A DNA stretch of 64,000 bases, from the IMG/VR virus record IMGVR_UViG_3300020048_000095. One strand, given 5' to 3'. The DNA comes from an uncultured virus (IMG/VR IMGVR_UViG_3300020048_000095) (lineage: Duplodnaviria; Heunggongvirae; Uroviricota; Caudoviricetes). The notes beneath the pieces were generated by a model, which ran no database searches, was not told where the DNA came from, and saw only the letters and a list, made by a program, of their open reading frames with translations. Positions 38,452 to 49,357 of the stretch are shown in pieces; within the stretch, counting starts at the first letter, position 1, and each line of letters starts with the position of its first letter. Position numbers and translations under genes: made by a program.

Positions 38452-41028
38452 TCACCAGTGACTTCCTAATCTAACCGTAACTGGACCAGGTAAAGCCATC
38501 CTTAATCCTTCATTCGCGGCAGAACAAGCTCCTGCTAGACAATCACTTAAATCGTCACTGGCAATATCTCCATGTTTATCTGGCATGATAGAATAACCTC
38601 TTTTCGTTCTTTTTATCTTCAATTCTTTCAATTCTGCTATAAGTAAAGTCGTTTCAGGACAATTATCATATAAAAGTATTTCTGGTTCAGGCTGATATAA
38701 CATCATATTGTTTAGATTTTGATAAACCTTGCATTTAACTCTGTCATTAAATGAAATCTGAATGCAATTAATTCCATGCCCTCTCAACCTTTGAACGCTA
38801 TGTACGGAATGATAATCGTCATAAGTAACCGACATTGGATGAAATCTAGAACAAATTTGTATTATATAATTATCAATCTCATCAAACAGAAGTCCAAGAC
38901 CTGGAGTCGGCTTCCACACCCAAATGCCAGCCAATGAACATTTATTCCTTTTTTTGCCAAGCGGAGTTGTATATCTTTCTTTTGCAACCATAATAGCGGC
39001 ATAATTATTGCTTTTCTTAGCAGGGTCTACATGGATATAATAATTGCATCTTGGGTTAGGTCTTTGATGCGGTCCCAACTCATATTTAATACATCTGTCA
39101 ACAGCTCCAGCATCAAAATAATTAGTATAAGAACCACCTTCAGCCCATTGACCGCCGAACTCTATCTTGAACATCTCAGGATTTGCATTTCTTGTTTTAG
39201 CTAATTCTGGTTCTTCATACGGAACGTCAAGATTAATGTCCCATGTCGGCAATTGAAATGACAGACATGAATCACTAATGTTCTTATCACTATCGGTCGC
39301 CTCCATAAACGCATCATAAAACGCCCCATTCTTTACATTTGGAGATGAAATCATAACAACCTTGCCTTCGTTGTATTTATAGAATTTAGACAATGAAGGT
39401 TTTAAACGGTTTACGAAATATTTGCCAGTAACTTTGCCCGTTTCATCATAGAACGCAATTTCATCAAATAAAAGCAATATCGCACTATAACCGGCCAAAG
39501 AGTCAGGATTACTATGTCCGCACAACAGCAAAATAGAACCTTGAATACTTAGAATTGCCCCTTCGCTTTTCTTTTGCAAGTCTCTATCTGTATAAAGACG
39601 AATTGTATCGGAAGTTTCTTTGGCGATACGTCCTTTGAAAAACGGAGAGTTACGCAATCTCGACTGAACTTGACCGAATAATCTACCCGCCTGTTTCTGG
39701 GACAACGCCACATTAATAATAGCAATTTCATCGTCATTGGGAAGATTGTAATATCTATGAGGGTCGCCGTTATTAATCAGAATCAACTTATATGCCTCAT
39801 AAGCAGTTATAATTGATGCTAAAAAAGTATTATGAGAGATTATATCGCCGCCAATAATATTAGTTCCTTTAACTTCTATTGCAATCGTTGATCTTTCTCC
39901 AACATTAGAAATACTTTTAACTACGTCCCATTTTAAATCTGACTTATAAACATTTAAAAATTCGCTTTCCAATTCATCTATTGCCCCTCCTTCTATGAGA
40001 AATTTTTCAATATAATAAGGGTCTGAAATTGCCGATTCCCAATATGCACAATTTATTTTATTAATTTCAGCATGAATCCCAAACTTCTGCAACAAATGTC
40101 TTACGCCATAAATAAAATCTTCAGATGTTGAGCAACAAACAAATTCGCCTCTATCAATATCCCAACTGTAATTTTTAGATAAAAAATCAAACACTTCTTT
40201 TCTAGAACCACGATATATGCATTCCGGAATATGATCTAAATCGCAATTTAAATCAATGTCTCCGCAATTACCGCCTTTACCAAAAAGCTCCGTACATTGG
40301 GCAACAGCTATTTTATCTCCTTCAATCAATTCGGATATTTTTACAAATTTAGGCTTATCCCAATTGTCACGCCATACAAAATAAGGATGATTCCACGAAG
40401 CCGTTTCTCTAATCCCCGTTTTTGTTTCCAATCTAAAACACTCTACAACTCCGTTCTCTTCTAATTTAATGTCGTAAGTAACGCTTCTTTTAAATGCCAA
40501 TGGATCGTATGTGCAAATTCCTATTTTTTCTCCATCCAATTTGCGCTCCATTAATTCTCTAAAAGTTATTGAACCTTCTGTTGTTGATATAATCTGACTT
40601 TCTTCATGACATTTCGTTGCTCTACGTCCAAGTACCAAAACCAACTGAGTAAACGGCTTATAGGTCTCATCTTTTTCCTTCTCATGAATCTTCTGAATCA
40701 CATCTCTCAAATTGCGCTCATATGTCACCCCGTCAATTTCAACATCCTCTTGACGAGCATACAGCCATTCCCATTCTTCCTGATCCAATTTGATATCTTC
40801 ATTTCCAATCGTTCCTTTATAAAACGTCTTTAAAATAACCGATTGTCCCGGAAACAATTTTATTTTATTACCAGGAATATCCAAATATTCTTTGCCGTTA
40901 CAAAATTCCATTATATCAACTATCTTATAACGGTCATCTTGATCCACGATTTCTGGATTTTCTAGTTCAATTCTTCTAATAGCATCAAACAACGGATTGT
41001 GTTTATCTTCTACTTTTACTTTAGGCAT
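38452..41028 (-). CDS. terminase large subunit with intein
   Basis: Walker A LGRRATK|intein|T, Walker B LLLFDE, coupling motif ISSP, nuclease HVDPA and DDLSD; probable start MPKVK at 41028. Confidence 0.9.
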   Translation of the reverse strand: MPKVKVEDKHNPLFDAIRRIELENPEIVDQDDRYKIVDIMEFCNGKEYLDIPGNKIKLFPGQSVILKTFYKGTIGNEDIKLDQEEWEWLYARQEDVEIDGVTYERNLRDVIQKIHEKEKDETYKPFTQLVLVLGRRATKCHEESQIISTTEGSITFRELMERKLDGEKIGICTYDPLAFKRSVTYDIKLEENGVVECFRLETKTGIRETASWNHPYFVWRDNWDKPKFVKISELIEGDKIAVAQCTELFGKGGNCGDIDLNCDLDHIPECIYRGSRKEVFDFLSKNYSWDIDRGEFVCCSTSEDFIYGVRHLLQKFGIHAEINKINCAYWESAISDPYYIEKFLIEGGAIDELESEFLNVYKSDLKWDVVKSISNVGERSTIAIEVKGTNIIGGDIISHNTFLASIITAYEAYKLILINNGDPHRYYNLPNDDEIAIINVALSQKQAGRLFGQVQSRLRNSPFFKGRIAKETSDTIRLYTDRDLQKKSEGAILSIQGSILLLCGHSNPDSLAGYSAILLLFDEIAFYDETGKVTGKYFVNRLKPSLSKFYKYNEGKVVMISSPNVKNGAFYDAFMEATDSDKNISDSCLSFQLPTWDINLDVPYEEPELAKTRNANPEMFKIEFGGQWAEGGSYTNYFDAGAVDRCIKYELGPHQRPNPRCNYYIHVDPAKKSNNYAAIMVAKERYTTPLGKKRNKCSLAGIWVWKPTPGLGLLFDEIDNYIIQICSRFHPMSVTYDDYHSVHSVQRLRGHGINCIQISFNDRVKCKVYQNLNNMMLYQPEPEILLYDNCPETTLLIAELKELKIKRTKRGYSIMPDKHGDIASDDLSDCLAGACSAANEGLRMALPGPVTVRLGSHW
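39829..40611 (-). mobile_element. intein (261 aa, decayed endonuclease) in the terminase Walker A
   Basis: CHEESQIISTTEG...SWNHP...AIEVKGTNIIGGDIISHN|T; remnant IPECIY...STSEDFIYGVRHLLQKFGI. Confidence 0.9.
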
Positions 41029-41893
41029 TAGTCCCCTCCAATATATATAACCCATTGCTATTGTCGTTGGTTATATTTAATATTTTATCAGATTCATATA
41101 CGGAACCATTTCCAACAATTCCAGTCGCAAAAGAAAACATTCGAATGGAATTTTTGCACAATATATATAACGAATTCTTCTGAATCAATAATTTAGACGG
41201 TCTTTCTAAAATAGACTCTTTAGGATTACCACACAAAACATTAACATCCTTGCCTTTCAATTTCCTTACAACTCCCCAAGACGAATCTGTAATATAAATT
41301 TCATTTTCATTAGATACAATTCCCGATGGACTACCAATGGAAGTACAAAATGTATCTGTCCCATTAGCAAAACGACATTTACCGTCTCCAAGAACATGCT
41401 TTAGTTCGCAATTAGAAAAACAAAAACATTTTCGTATAGATGGATATGCCAAAAACACATTATCCCTTTTATCAACTGCGACATAGACATCTGTATTCTT
41501 GTCAATCTTCCTCAAAACATTGTCGATCATTACCCTATTGTTGCCTTTGAACAAAGAAGAAGTATAGTCATCTCTTATGTCAATAACACGGACATCTCTT
41601 CCGCCATCCTCCCCCACATATATAGTTTTCTTTCTCGAACTATAACTTAATCCAGATAAATAACCAAAAGATGGGTTACTGCCGTCTTTTGCGATTTCTG
41701 AATCAGCATCTCCTTTCCACTGATCAAAATGTTCTCCATCAACAGAAATCAATCCCAATAAATTATTTGACGTATATACAATACCTAAATCTTCAATCCA
41801 TAAAATGTCATTTATTGGATTTTCCGTATTTAATTCGCAGAACTTAACGATTTGTTTAGTTCCAAATGTTTTTCTAAAAATTGTGTACTGCAT
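41021..41893 (-). CDS. NHL-repeat/beta-propeller-like protein
   Basis: SPSGIV....IYITDS...VVRKL, LSGLSY....IYVGEDG...VRVID. Confidence 0.55.
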   Translation of the reverse strand: MQYTIFRKTFGTKQIVKFCELNTENPINDILWIEDLGIVYTSNNLLGLISVDGEHFDQWKGDADSEIAKDGSNPSFGYLSGLSYSSRKKTIYVGEDGGRDVRVIDIRDDYTSSLFKGNNRVMIDNVLRKIDKNTDVYVAVDKRDNVFLAYPSIRKCFCFSNCELKHVLGDGKCRFANGTDTFCTSIGSPSGIVSNENEIYITDSSWGVVRKLKGKDVNVLCGNPKESILERPSKLLIQKNSLYILCKNSIRMFSFATGIVGNGSVYESDKILNITNDNSNGLYILEGTNA

Positions 41894-43188
41894 TAAATTC
41901 CATCTATTATTTCTATCTGATCTGGAGACAATCTAACTATCTTACGTCCAAAATTAACATCAAGATAAAAACCTTCACTCATCGGAGCTATTTCAACCAC
42001 CTCTCCAATCTTTTTAAACAATTCCATGCCACGATCAATGCACATAACTCTGGTCGGCTGATTAACCATGAAATCTTCTTCTGTATATTTACTTGATTTT
42101 ACGAATTTCTTTTTAGATGACGATATTTTCCACATTGAAGATTTATTCTCAAATGATAAACTGATCGATTTTTCTCTATATTCATATGGATTCCAACCAA
42201 TTATATCAAAAGAACCATTATCGTTCGGCATATCTGGCAACGCTCCAAGCTCAGGTACAATAAGCGATTCAAATTCGTCTAAATAAAAATGACCAACAGC
42301 CTCAACAACTGGTTTCCAATATCTCTGGTAAAACTTTGGCGAATACGAAGGGTAGATCTCTGCAACCGTTCCTAATGGGATGATATTACTAACATTAAAC
42401 TTGTCATTTACATGAACGGCAAGCAATTTTTCTCCATTATCTATTCCAACTATATCTATCTTCCCATCTTTTAAAGAAACTTTTGCAATTGCGTCTGGGT
42501 GATGTTTGGCGATAGCTTTACACGCTTGACACCCATAATGTTCAAACAATTCAATTAAATCTTCTTCCGTTAAACTTATTTTTTTAGACGCCATAGTCAT
42601 ATTAGGTTCGGTTGGAGCTCCCATTGGTGCTTGAGTTTGGGCTTCTGGCATATTGGGAGCAACTGGTGCGGCGGGTGCATTTTCGGCAGCTTCTTTCTCT
42701 TTTTTGTCTTCAGCTAAATATTTGCTAAAGTGCTTTTGAGCAATTTTACGATATCCGTCGATTATTTTATCAATTTCTGTGTCTTGAGCCTTTTCTTTCA
42801 ACGCTTCTTTGACTCTTAATAAATCATCCACCTGAGAAACTAAAACCAAATAAGTCAATTTACGCTCATCATCTTCGTTATCATCAATCCCCATTACTTT
42901 TTGTGTCATATGCTTCAACATGGTTTTATAATGACCAATCAACAAGTCTTCAGCTTCAGGATCGTCAATAATAGGTTTAGATAAATCTTCCACTGCAAAT
43001 CTCTGCATTTTTATAGAGTCAATGTGATAGGACTTTTTATAAGCCAACTTTTTAGCATCAGACATCGCTTGATAGGCAAATTTATAATCCTTTTGTATAT
43101 TTGGCACTAATTTATTATGAATAGCCGAAGAAAATCCATCTACGGAAAATTCATATCTATCATTATTTTTATAAATTCTAAGCTTCAT
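41893..43188 (-). CDS. hypothetical multidomain protein
   Basis: Probable start MKLRIY at 43188; Pro/Ala linker; QRFA/TMAS/VKSS motifs. Confidence 0.65.
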   Translation of the reverse strand: MKLRIYKNNDRYEFSVDGFSSAIHNKLVPNIQKDYKFAYQAMSDAKKLAYKKSYHIDSIKMQRFAVEDLSKPIIDDPEAEDLLIGHYKTMLKHMTQKVMGIDDNEDDERKLTYLVLVSQVDDLLRVKEALKEKAQDTEIDKIIDGYRKIAQKHFSKYLAEDKKEKEAAENAPAAPVAPNMPEAQTQAPMGAPTEPNMTMASKKISLTEEDLIELFEHYGCQACKAIAKHHPDAIAKVSLKDGKIDIVGIDNGEKLLAVHVNDKFNVSNIIPLGTVAEIYPSYSPKFYQRYWKPVVEAVGHFYLDEFESLIVPELGALPDMPNDNGSFDIIGWNPYEYREKSISLSFENKSSMWKISSSKKKFVKSSKYTEEDFMVNQPTRVMCIDRGMELFKKIGEVVEIAPMSEGFYLDVNFGRKIVRLSPDQIEIIDGI

Positions 43189-43215
43189 AATTAATATTAT
43201 ACAATTTTTAAACAC

Positions 43216-43255
43216 AAAAAAGGCACGTTAATTAATTCGCAATTAACGTGCCTTT
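43216..43255 (-). terminator. intrinsic terminator after the RNR gene
   Basis: Stem AAAGGCACGTTAATT/AATTAACGTGCCTTT with U-run. Confidence 0.8.
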
Positions 43256-43279
43256 AACCTTTTCTAATAACAATTCTTA

Positions 43280-46200
43280 TTATTTTTCTTGAGATTGTTG
43301 CCGCTGTTCAATCATTATCCCTAAATCACCCAACTCGCATTTTCCACCGGCACATGCACTTCCGGCTTCAGTATCCATTGCCCCCTGTTCTGTTTCAAAA
43401 CATTGCGACCAATCAACTTCAACATACTCCCTTGACAAATCACACCAAACCTTCCAATTATAAATATCCTTCAAACAATATGTCATTTCTCTCAAATCAT
43501 CATTGAAATAACGAGTCGCAAACTGTTTGGCTCTTCTAACCCAATCTATTTTCTTGTTGTAATTCTTGACATTATGCTTCAACCATGCATTTAAAAGTCT
43601 TTCAGGGCTTTCTGGACTAAGACCCTCATCTTTCCAATACTGTCCGTTTGTCTTAAATGCAATTTCAATTTTAGCTCTCAAAGATTTTACGTCCAATACC
43701 TCTCCAACCCCCAAAGCGCAGTCACAAGCCGCCCATAAGTCATTATCAAAGGCGTGATGACCATCAACTATCAATCCACTGCCAAACAAGCTGCCATCGC
43801 CGTATTTTCTAACGGTTTCAGTTGGCGTATAGACTGCCGTAAATGGAGCCTGAGGATAATCTTTATCTCCAGATGCAGGAAGCAAAGATATTCCAGCAAA
43901 CCAAGCTTTATTGTCATATATGAAATTCTCAACCGCTTCCCATTCATCAGGCTTAACGGTACATGTATTACTAACATTGTGTCTAAGCCAAGGTCTAATG
44001 CATTCTTCAACCCTTGTTCCATACTCAACCCAATTTTGTTGCGTCAATTTTACATTTTCAAGTAATGTTATGGCATTTACTTGATTCTTAGTCTTAACGC
44101 CATCTGGAACTTCACACAAAAATGTAACAACTACATCTGTATTATTCGCGGACCAAACAGAATTCTCTATAGCCAATGGATTATATTTTTGAAAATGCTG
44201 TAATGGAACTTCTAATTTGTTTGCCTGAACCCTTCTTAAATATCTCTTTGCATGGTGCGGATGAATGCCTGAAGCACTGCCCAATACACAGCTTGTGGAA
44301 CCAGCCGGCTTTACACAAGTGCCTCTAGCGCAAACATTTGTACCAATTATTTTAGATATTCTTTCGTTTGTATCCAAAACAACTTTCGCTCCTTTTCTTT
44401 GTATTTCAGGATTAAAGGCAATGTCGGGAGAATCCGCCATTCCAGTCATTGAAACACCAAGTAACGCTTCTCTTTTGACTATCATATCGGTAACGCCACC
44501 TAGATATGGGAAATGACTATATGATGCTTGAACGCTTCCGATAATCGATGCCGCCCTGCAAGACTCCATGAATTCTTCTTCCGTCTTACACTTCTTCATG
44601 TTGATTTCGCAAAGATTACAAAACGCCCATCCAGAAAGTATGCTGTCATTGTTTTGTCTTTTCCTCTCAAGTTCAATAGAGTCCTGATATTCTTTACTGG
44701 AGTTAATTATTTTTTCGTTTTTCTTATCGTTCAAATCTAGATAAGCACAAAATCCAATTTCAACACAATTGTGAGCATAGAATCCGTTCAAATCAAACGC
44801 ATGTATCTCTGGTATTGTGCAGTCATAAACGTCTTCAACTCCATCCTGCTCAATTGATTTTACAGTTCCAATAAATTGAATTTGCGAATCCATGTCACTC
44901 GTTTTAACAGAAATATAGAAACTCTTTAAATCACTTGAGTTTAGTTGCGTTAAATTTGTGAGTTTAACAAAATTAATTAAATCAAAATTCAATTCGCCCC
45001 TTGCATCAATTGTTGAATATATGTTTAATCTTAACAACATCCTTTGAATCATTTTATTATGTTTCACACTTGCAGCTATAATCTGTTTACCGCCTTTATT
45101 AATGCCACAACTATATTCGCATTCTCTAAAATACCCACGCATGAAGCCTCGATAGTTATAGCATGTCATTTCTTCAATCTCATCCACACTAAGTTCGTCA
45201 AATGTCCCTTTAAAAAAACTACGCCCAACATACTCTCCCCAAAAAGTTTCTTCTGAATGAATCCCTTCGTCATTCCACTTGAAACCGTTATGCTTATGAA
45301 GCAATAAAGTGTCACCTGTTTTTATTTCAGATAGTTCTTTCCATTTCAACTCGCCATCTTCTTCTACCATAAACCTATGATTGTTTGTAGATCTAAACTC
45401 AAATCCCTCTTCGGTTTTCAACTTATAAATATCTTTATTATCGCCCGTCTTGAAAAAACCTTTGTCTGTAGAAGGATAAATTACACCATCTACAACCGCA
45501 TTGAATTTCTTTCCAACTAAACTAGAAACTTTTCTTGGACCGTCAGAAGTATGAACCCATCCGTCTGAAGTAACACAAGGATTATATAATGTCTCTTTAT
45601 TTTCCGTCCAAATAAAGCCTGGTTCACCAAATTCCTTTACAGAATGCATCAACTGCGAAAATTGCTCTTTTGTCGTTTCATCTCTTACCAATAAAACAGA
45701 ATTATTAGATCGCCCTCTCTGTGGATTCTCAATAAACCAAGAACCAGTTTTAGCTTTTATCATTTCTTCATCATCTGGAGAAAAAATGGAAATAGACGCG
45801 CTTCTCCGGATCCCACCACTCAAAACCGCATCAGAGGCATGCATACAAACATCGTAAGCATCAATCGGACGCAATTTCCCATTATGAATTGTCGTCTTAT
45901 TGAGTAAATAACGAATCTTCTCTAGTGCTCTCATCAAACCATCAGGACCAGGTGCCTTACCTCCAGAAGACAATGCCGCACCTTCTGGACGGATTAATGA
46001 ATAATCAAATTCAACTTGAACGCCTCTGTAATCTTGGAATTCAGTTAAATCGCTATCAAAATATGAACAAATCAAAATACCTAATGCATCAGACCACCCT
46101 TCAATTGAATCTGGAATTTGATAAACTTTCTTCTCGGATGATGGGAGAGCAAGCTTAGGTAATTTATCTACGTGATGCTTTTGGACAGAAAAACCACAAC

Positions 46201-46540
46201 CACATCCACAAAGCAAAAGATATATACACTCTTGGAAGAATCTAGGTCTGTCACAATACGAAACTGTACAATTGAAAATTCTTGGGTGTTTCTTTAAAAT
46301 GGGAGATCCGCCGAATTGCAAAGCTCTTTGAGAACCAAGAACTCTTTTCTTTTCAACCATTCTTTGGGCAAACTCCATATCGTCTTTTATTTGTTCGTAT
46401 AGAGATTCGCCCAACTTATCCCTATGCATTTTAAAAACTCTTTCTACCTGTTCATCCCAAAACTCTCTTCTACCCGCTTCTGGATTGTATTTTGCGTATT
46501 TTGAAAAACGAGTATATTCTTGCAGTGCCTTAATTGACAT
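43280..46540 (-). CDS. nrdJ: class II (B12-dependent) ribonucleotide reductase with intein
   Basis: FNC, GGIRRSA, RGRSNNS, NP|intein|CVEI, FCNLCEI, TCVKPAGSTS, C-terminal CAGGKC. Confidence 0.9.
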   Translation of the reverse strand: MSIKALQEYTRFSKYAKYNPEAGRREFWDEQVERVFKMHRDKLGESLYEQIKDDMEFAQRMVEKKRVLGSQRALQFGGSPILKKHPRIFNCTVSYCDRPRFFQECIYLLLCGCGCGFSVQKHHVDKLPKLALPSSEKKVYQIPDSIEGWSDALGILICSYFDSDLTEFQDYRGVQVEFDYSLIRPEGAALSSGGKAPGPDGLMRALEKIRYLLNKTTIHNGKLRPIDAYDVCMHASDAVLSGGIRRSASISIFSPDDEEMIKAKTGSWFIENPQRGRSNNSVLLVRDETTKEQFSQLMHSVKEFGEPGFIWTENKETLYNPCVTSDGWVHTSDGPRKVSSLVGKKFNAVVDGVIYPSTDKGFFKTGDNKDIYKLKTEEGFEFRSTNNHRFMVEEDGELKWKELSEIKTGDTLLLHKHNGFKWNDEGIHSEETFWGEYVGRSFFKGTFDELSVDEIEEMTCYNYRGFMRGYFRECEYSCGINKGGKQIIAASVKHNKMIQRMLLRLNIYSTIDARGELNFDLINFVKLTNLTQLNSSDLKSFYISVKTSDMDSQIQFIGTVKSIEQDGVEDVYDCTIPEIHAFDLNGFYAHNCVEIGFCAYLDLNDKKNEKIINSSKEYQDSIELERKRQNNDSILSGWAFCNLCEINMKKCKTEEEFMESCRAASIIGSVQASYSHFPYLGGVTDMIVKREALLGVSMTGMADSPDIAFNPEIQRKGAKVVLDTNERISKIIGTNVCARGTCVKPAGSTSCVLGSASGIHPHHAKRYLRRVQANKLEVPLQHFQKYNPLAIENSVWSANNTDVVVTFLCEVPDGVKTKNQVNAITLLENVKLTQQNWVEYGTRVEECIRPWLRHNVSNTCTVKPDEWEAVENFIYDNKAWFAGISLLPASGDKDYPQAPFTAVYTPTETVRKYGDGSLFGSGLIVDGHHAFDNDLWAACDCALGVGEVLDVKSLRAKIEIAFKTNGQYWKDEGLSPESPERLLNAWLKHNVKNYNKKIDWVRRAKQFATRYFNDDLREMTYCLKDIYNWKVWCDLSREYVEVDWSQCFETEQGAMDTEAGSACAGGKCELGDLGIMIEQRQQSQEK
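44768..45577 (-). mobile_element. intein (270 aa, decayed endonuclease) at the RNR active-site Cys
   Basis: CVTSDGWVHTSDG...STNNHRF...VYDCTIPEIHAFDLNGFYAHN|C. Confidence 0.93.
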
Positions 46541-46583
46541 AAATTTCTCCCCACATTACCATTTTTTATTTTTAATTCTATTA

Positions 46584-47720
46584 TCAAGCCTCAATTGACT
46601 GACCGTCGCGAGGTATAACACCTATTAGATATAAATCTGAAACTTCCTTTAAGAATTTCATAACGTCTTTTTGAAAATCTTGTAAGTCCCGTATAGGCAA
46701 CGTACAACAAACTCTTATTTTTTTTCCAATCTCATACAAAATTTTGCCATTTTCTGTGTATAAACCATCTAGTTTATACAAAGCGTCATCAATTTCATCC
46801 ATAAGTCTAAGTCTCCATGGCTCTGAAACTATAATTTCATTGGCATGCATCAATCTTAAATCATATATTTCGTCAATTCTTCGTAAACTCTTGGTAATAC
46901 GGTAGCTATGTGTTGTTGAAAATATCTGGCTATCTGGATAACAGCTTTGCATAGCCTCAATTAACGCAATATGACGGCTAAGTGCGACATGCATAGCGAT
47001 ATCATCAATTAGTATTACTCTTGGCGATATCTCAAGATTTAGCAGGGTAGAGAACGATTTAATTACCTTTTTCTCTCCGTTGCTGCATTCTTTATGGGAA
47101 ATCGTCTCAAATGGCTTTTTAACAAGAAAACCAAGTATATATTTATCCATAAGTCTTGCTTGCACTGGATCTTCGCTATATGAAAAGACATCTGTCATTT
47201 CTTCTATTTCATATCCCGTTACAGATTCAAACAATGCTTTAAATATATCCCACTTATCTCTTGTTAATTGGAATTGATGCAAATCTCTATCAAACTTCGT
47301 ATAGTAACAAAGTCTATATAAAAGTTGCTTTATCTCACTTGGATGGTCTTCTATGAAGCCGTTTTTATTTAAACTCACCTTATAGTCGCCATTTTCGTAT
47401 TTTAAATTTGCTTCAATTAAAAAATCATCACCACACGAATTCGTCTTTGAACTAGAAACGTGTCTTACGCACGTTTGCATTTGATTGATGAGACGTTCGC
47501 TATCGTATCCATCATATCTCTGGAAAAGCATTTGTATGGCGTTTAAAACGGTTGATTTTCCGACTCCATTTTCCCCTATGAAGCATATGAAAGGCTTTAC
47601 ATTGTCGTTTTTTGTAAAATCCATTGCGAAATCATCATACGCTTTGAAATTTTGGATTCTAATGTTTTTAATTTGTATATTTGGAACAGCGTCCAGTGAA
47701 AAGTAATTAGTTTCCGTCAT
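46584..47720 (-). CDS. ABC/SMC-like ATPase (AAA_21/OLD-type N-terminus)
   Basis: IRIQNFKAY, IGENGVGKST, signature CSNGEKK, LIDDIAMH, STTHS. Confidence 0.85.
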   Translation of the reverse strand: MTETNYFSLDAVPNIQIKNIRIQNFKAYDDFAMDFTKNDNVKPFICFIGENGVGKSTVLNAIQMLFQRYDGYDSERLINQMQTCVRHVSSSKTNSCGDDFLIEANLKYENGDYKVSLNKNGFIEDHPSEIKQLLYRLCYYTKFDRDLHQFQLTRDKWDIFKALFESVTGYEIEEMTDVFSYSEDPVQARLMDKYILGFLVKKPFETISHKECSNGEKKVIKSFSTLLNLEISPRVILIDDIAMHVALSRHIALIEAMQSCYPDSQIFSTTHSYRITKSLRRIDEIYDLRLMHANEIIVSEPWRLRLMDEIDDALYKLDGLYTENGKILYEIGKKIRVCCTLPIRDLQDFQKDVMKFLKEVSDLYLIGVIPRDGQSIEA

Positions 47721-47883
47721 TTTGATTGTTCCCGTATTTCCCGCCAGATATTTGCTTGATTTCTTTGGTTACTATTTTAGAACGTCTTTTTTCGTAGTCA
47801 ACTTTTGGATCGTCCATTTGTGTATTCTCTAAATTTATTTTAGCGCCATCTGGAACATAAATGATTGTTTTGCCGATTTCCAT
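47707..47883 (-). CDS. small hypothetical protein (58 aa)
   Basis: Below the track cutoff; ATG overlaps the upstream stop (TAATG) and the stop lies inside the downstream gene start. Confidence 0.55.
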   Translation of the reverse strand: MEIGKTIIYVPDGAKINLENTQMDDPKVDYEKRRSKIVTKEIKQISGGKYGNNQNDGN

Positions 47884-48326
47884 TACAAAATTTCCTTTAG
47901 GTCTTCCGTCAATATGTGTTTAATGAATGAAACATGGAATTTAAAAATCAATCGACCTTTTTGTGCTTTTATACCAAATTGCTTATGACTTCCGTAAGCT
48001 TCTACAACAGAGGTGTATTCTTCAACTCCATAACCGTTCATGTTGTTTACAAATTCGTTTAAATTTTCTCTTACGATTAACTCTCCGATGAAATCGATAA
48101 TGAATCTAGAGAAAAATTCGTTTTCATAATTGCGATAATCTTTATAAGCAAGCCCAAGTTCTTTCATGCAAATTGAAAATGTCATATCGCCCTTTTCATC
48201 CAAACTCCCGATTGAAATTGCTTTAGGCGGATTAGATATTAACTTTTCAATTATTTCACGATAGCGAGAACCATTTGACGCCTTATAATTGGTTTGACTC
48301 TTTTCTATTTGACTTTCTAGTTCCAT
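47883..48326 (-). CDS. hypothetical protein
   Basis: 147-aa ORF preceded by TGTATAAT. Confidence 0.65.
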   Translation of the reverse strand: MELESQIEKSQTNYKASNGSRYREIIEKLISNPPKAISIGSLDEKGDMTFSICMKELGLAYKDYRNYENEFFSRFIIDFIGELIVRENLNEFVNNMNGYGVEEYTSVVEAYGSHKQFGIKAQKGRLIFKFHVSFIKHILTEDLKEIL

Positions 48327-48363
48327 AATTTAATCCCTATTAATCGTTGCAAGCATTATACAT

Positions 48364-48549
48364 TTAAAATTTCCATTTAATCTTAACACCGACTATGGCA
48401 TTTTTCTTAATATTATCGTCCCAATCGGCTTTATCATTCTCTATTTCGGTTTCATGATTATTATACAATTTATCGCTATCATCCCTAAATGAAATAGTAG
48501 GACGAACATGCGTTTTAATCCAATCTAAAAATTTTTGCTTCTTTTTCAA
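48364..48549 (-). CDS. small hypothetical protein
   Basis: AAGGAGG upstream of a TTG start; 61 aa. Confidence 0.55.
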   Translation of the reverse strand: MKKKQKFLDWIKTHVRPTISFRDDSDKLYNNHETEIENDKADWDDNIKKNAIVGVKIKWKF

Positions 48550-48601
48550 GGTCTATCCACCTCCTTTTTAGAATTATTCTCCAAACCCAAAGGAGATTCC
48601 T

Positions 48602-49357
48602 ATGTATGTTAACTGGTATAAATTAGCGCAAATTGAAAAAGAAGCTGGAATAAAAGAATATATTCCTATGGCATTGTTATCTGCATTGATATCAATAATG
48701 GGAACAAGTGCTTTGCGTGGTCATATGGATAGACAAGATATTGAAAAGGCTGCGCAAGAATTTGGAGTCAATCAATCTGACATCGAAAGCGCTTTAAGAA
48801 ATAGACAAATAGTAGATGCGGTCAACAAATACCAAAATTCAAATTTAACTCCCCCACAAATGAAGAATAATATGAACGAGACAAAACTCCAAAGAGAAAC
48901 ACCTGAACAAATTGCAAATGATAAACCAATCGAAAAGGATCAAAAACAAAGTCAGGAAGAAAAATTGCAAATAAACATCATCGCTAGAACTCTATATGCG
49001 GAAGGTAAAAGCGAATCAGAAGAAGGGTTAAAAGCAATCGCATCTGTAATTTACAATCGAAGTAATAAAACTCCATCCAGTATGATTGATGTAATTAAAC
49101 AACCGAAACAGTTTAGTTGTTGGAATAAAGCTTCTGAAAAAGATTGGACAAACATGAAACAGAATAGCGGACCAATGTGGGATAAATCAATGGATATAGC
49201 AAAGTCTATGGTTAATGGAAGTTTTCAACCAACTGGAACTTGGAAACATTATTTTAATCCTAAGAAAGTAAAACCAGATTGGGCTTATAAAAACAAAGAT
49301 AGAACACAACCTCATAAATATGTGGATATTGGCAACCATAGATTTCTTTTGGGGTAA
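48602..49357 (+). CDS. cell-wall hydrolase (SleB/Hydrolase_2 family) with NWYK leader
   Basis: IARTLYAEG...AIASVIYNR...QPKQFSCWN...HYFNP...IGNHRF; starts MYVNWYKLAQIEKEAG followed by a hydrophobic helix. Confidence 0.88.
   Translation: MYVNWYKLAQIEKEAGIKEYIPMALLSALISIMGTSALRGHMDRQDIEKAAQEFGVNQSDIESALRNRQIVDAVNKYQNSNLTPPQMKNNMNETKLQRETPEQIANDKPIEKDQKQSQEEKLQINIIARTLYAEGKSESEEGLKAIASVIYNRSNKTPSSMIDVIKQPKQFSCWNKASEKDWTNMKQNSGPMWDKSMDIAKSMVNGSFQPTGTWKHYFNPKKVKPDWAYKNKDRTQPHKYVDIGNHRFLLG

Noticed and set aside
11796..47706. Many short + strand ORFs opposite long - strand genes
   Set aside because: They lack RBS and recognisable motifs, and their Ser/Phe/Leu-rich composition is expected from antisense of Lys/Glu-rich genes.
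46584..47720. ABC-type ATPase as an OLD/Gabija/PARIS-like defence system
   Set aside because: No TOPRIM, nuclease or helicase partner recognisable in or beside the gene.
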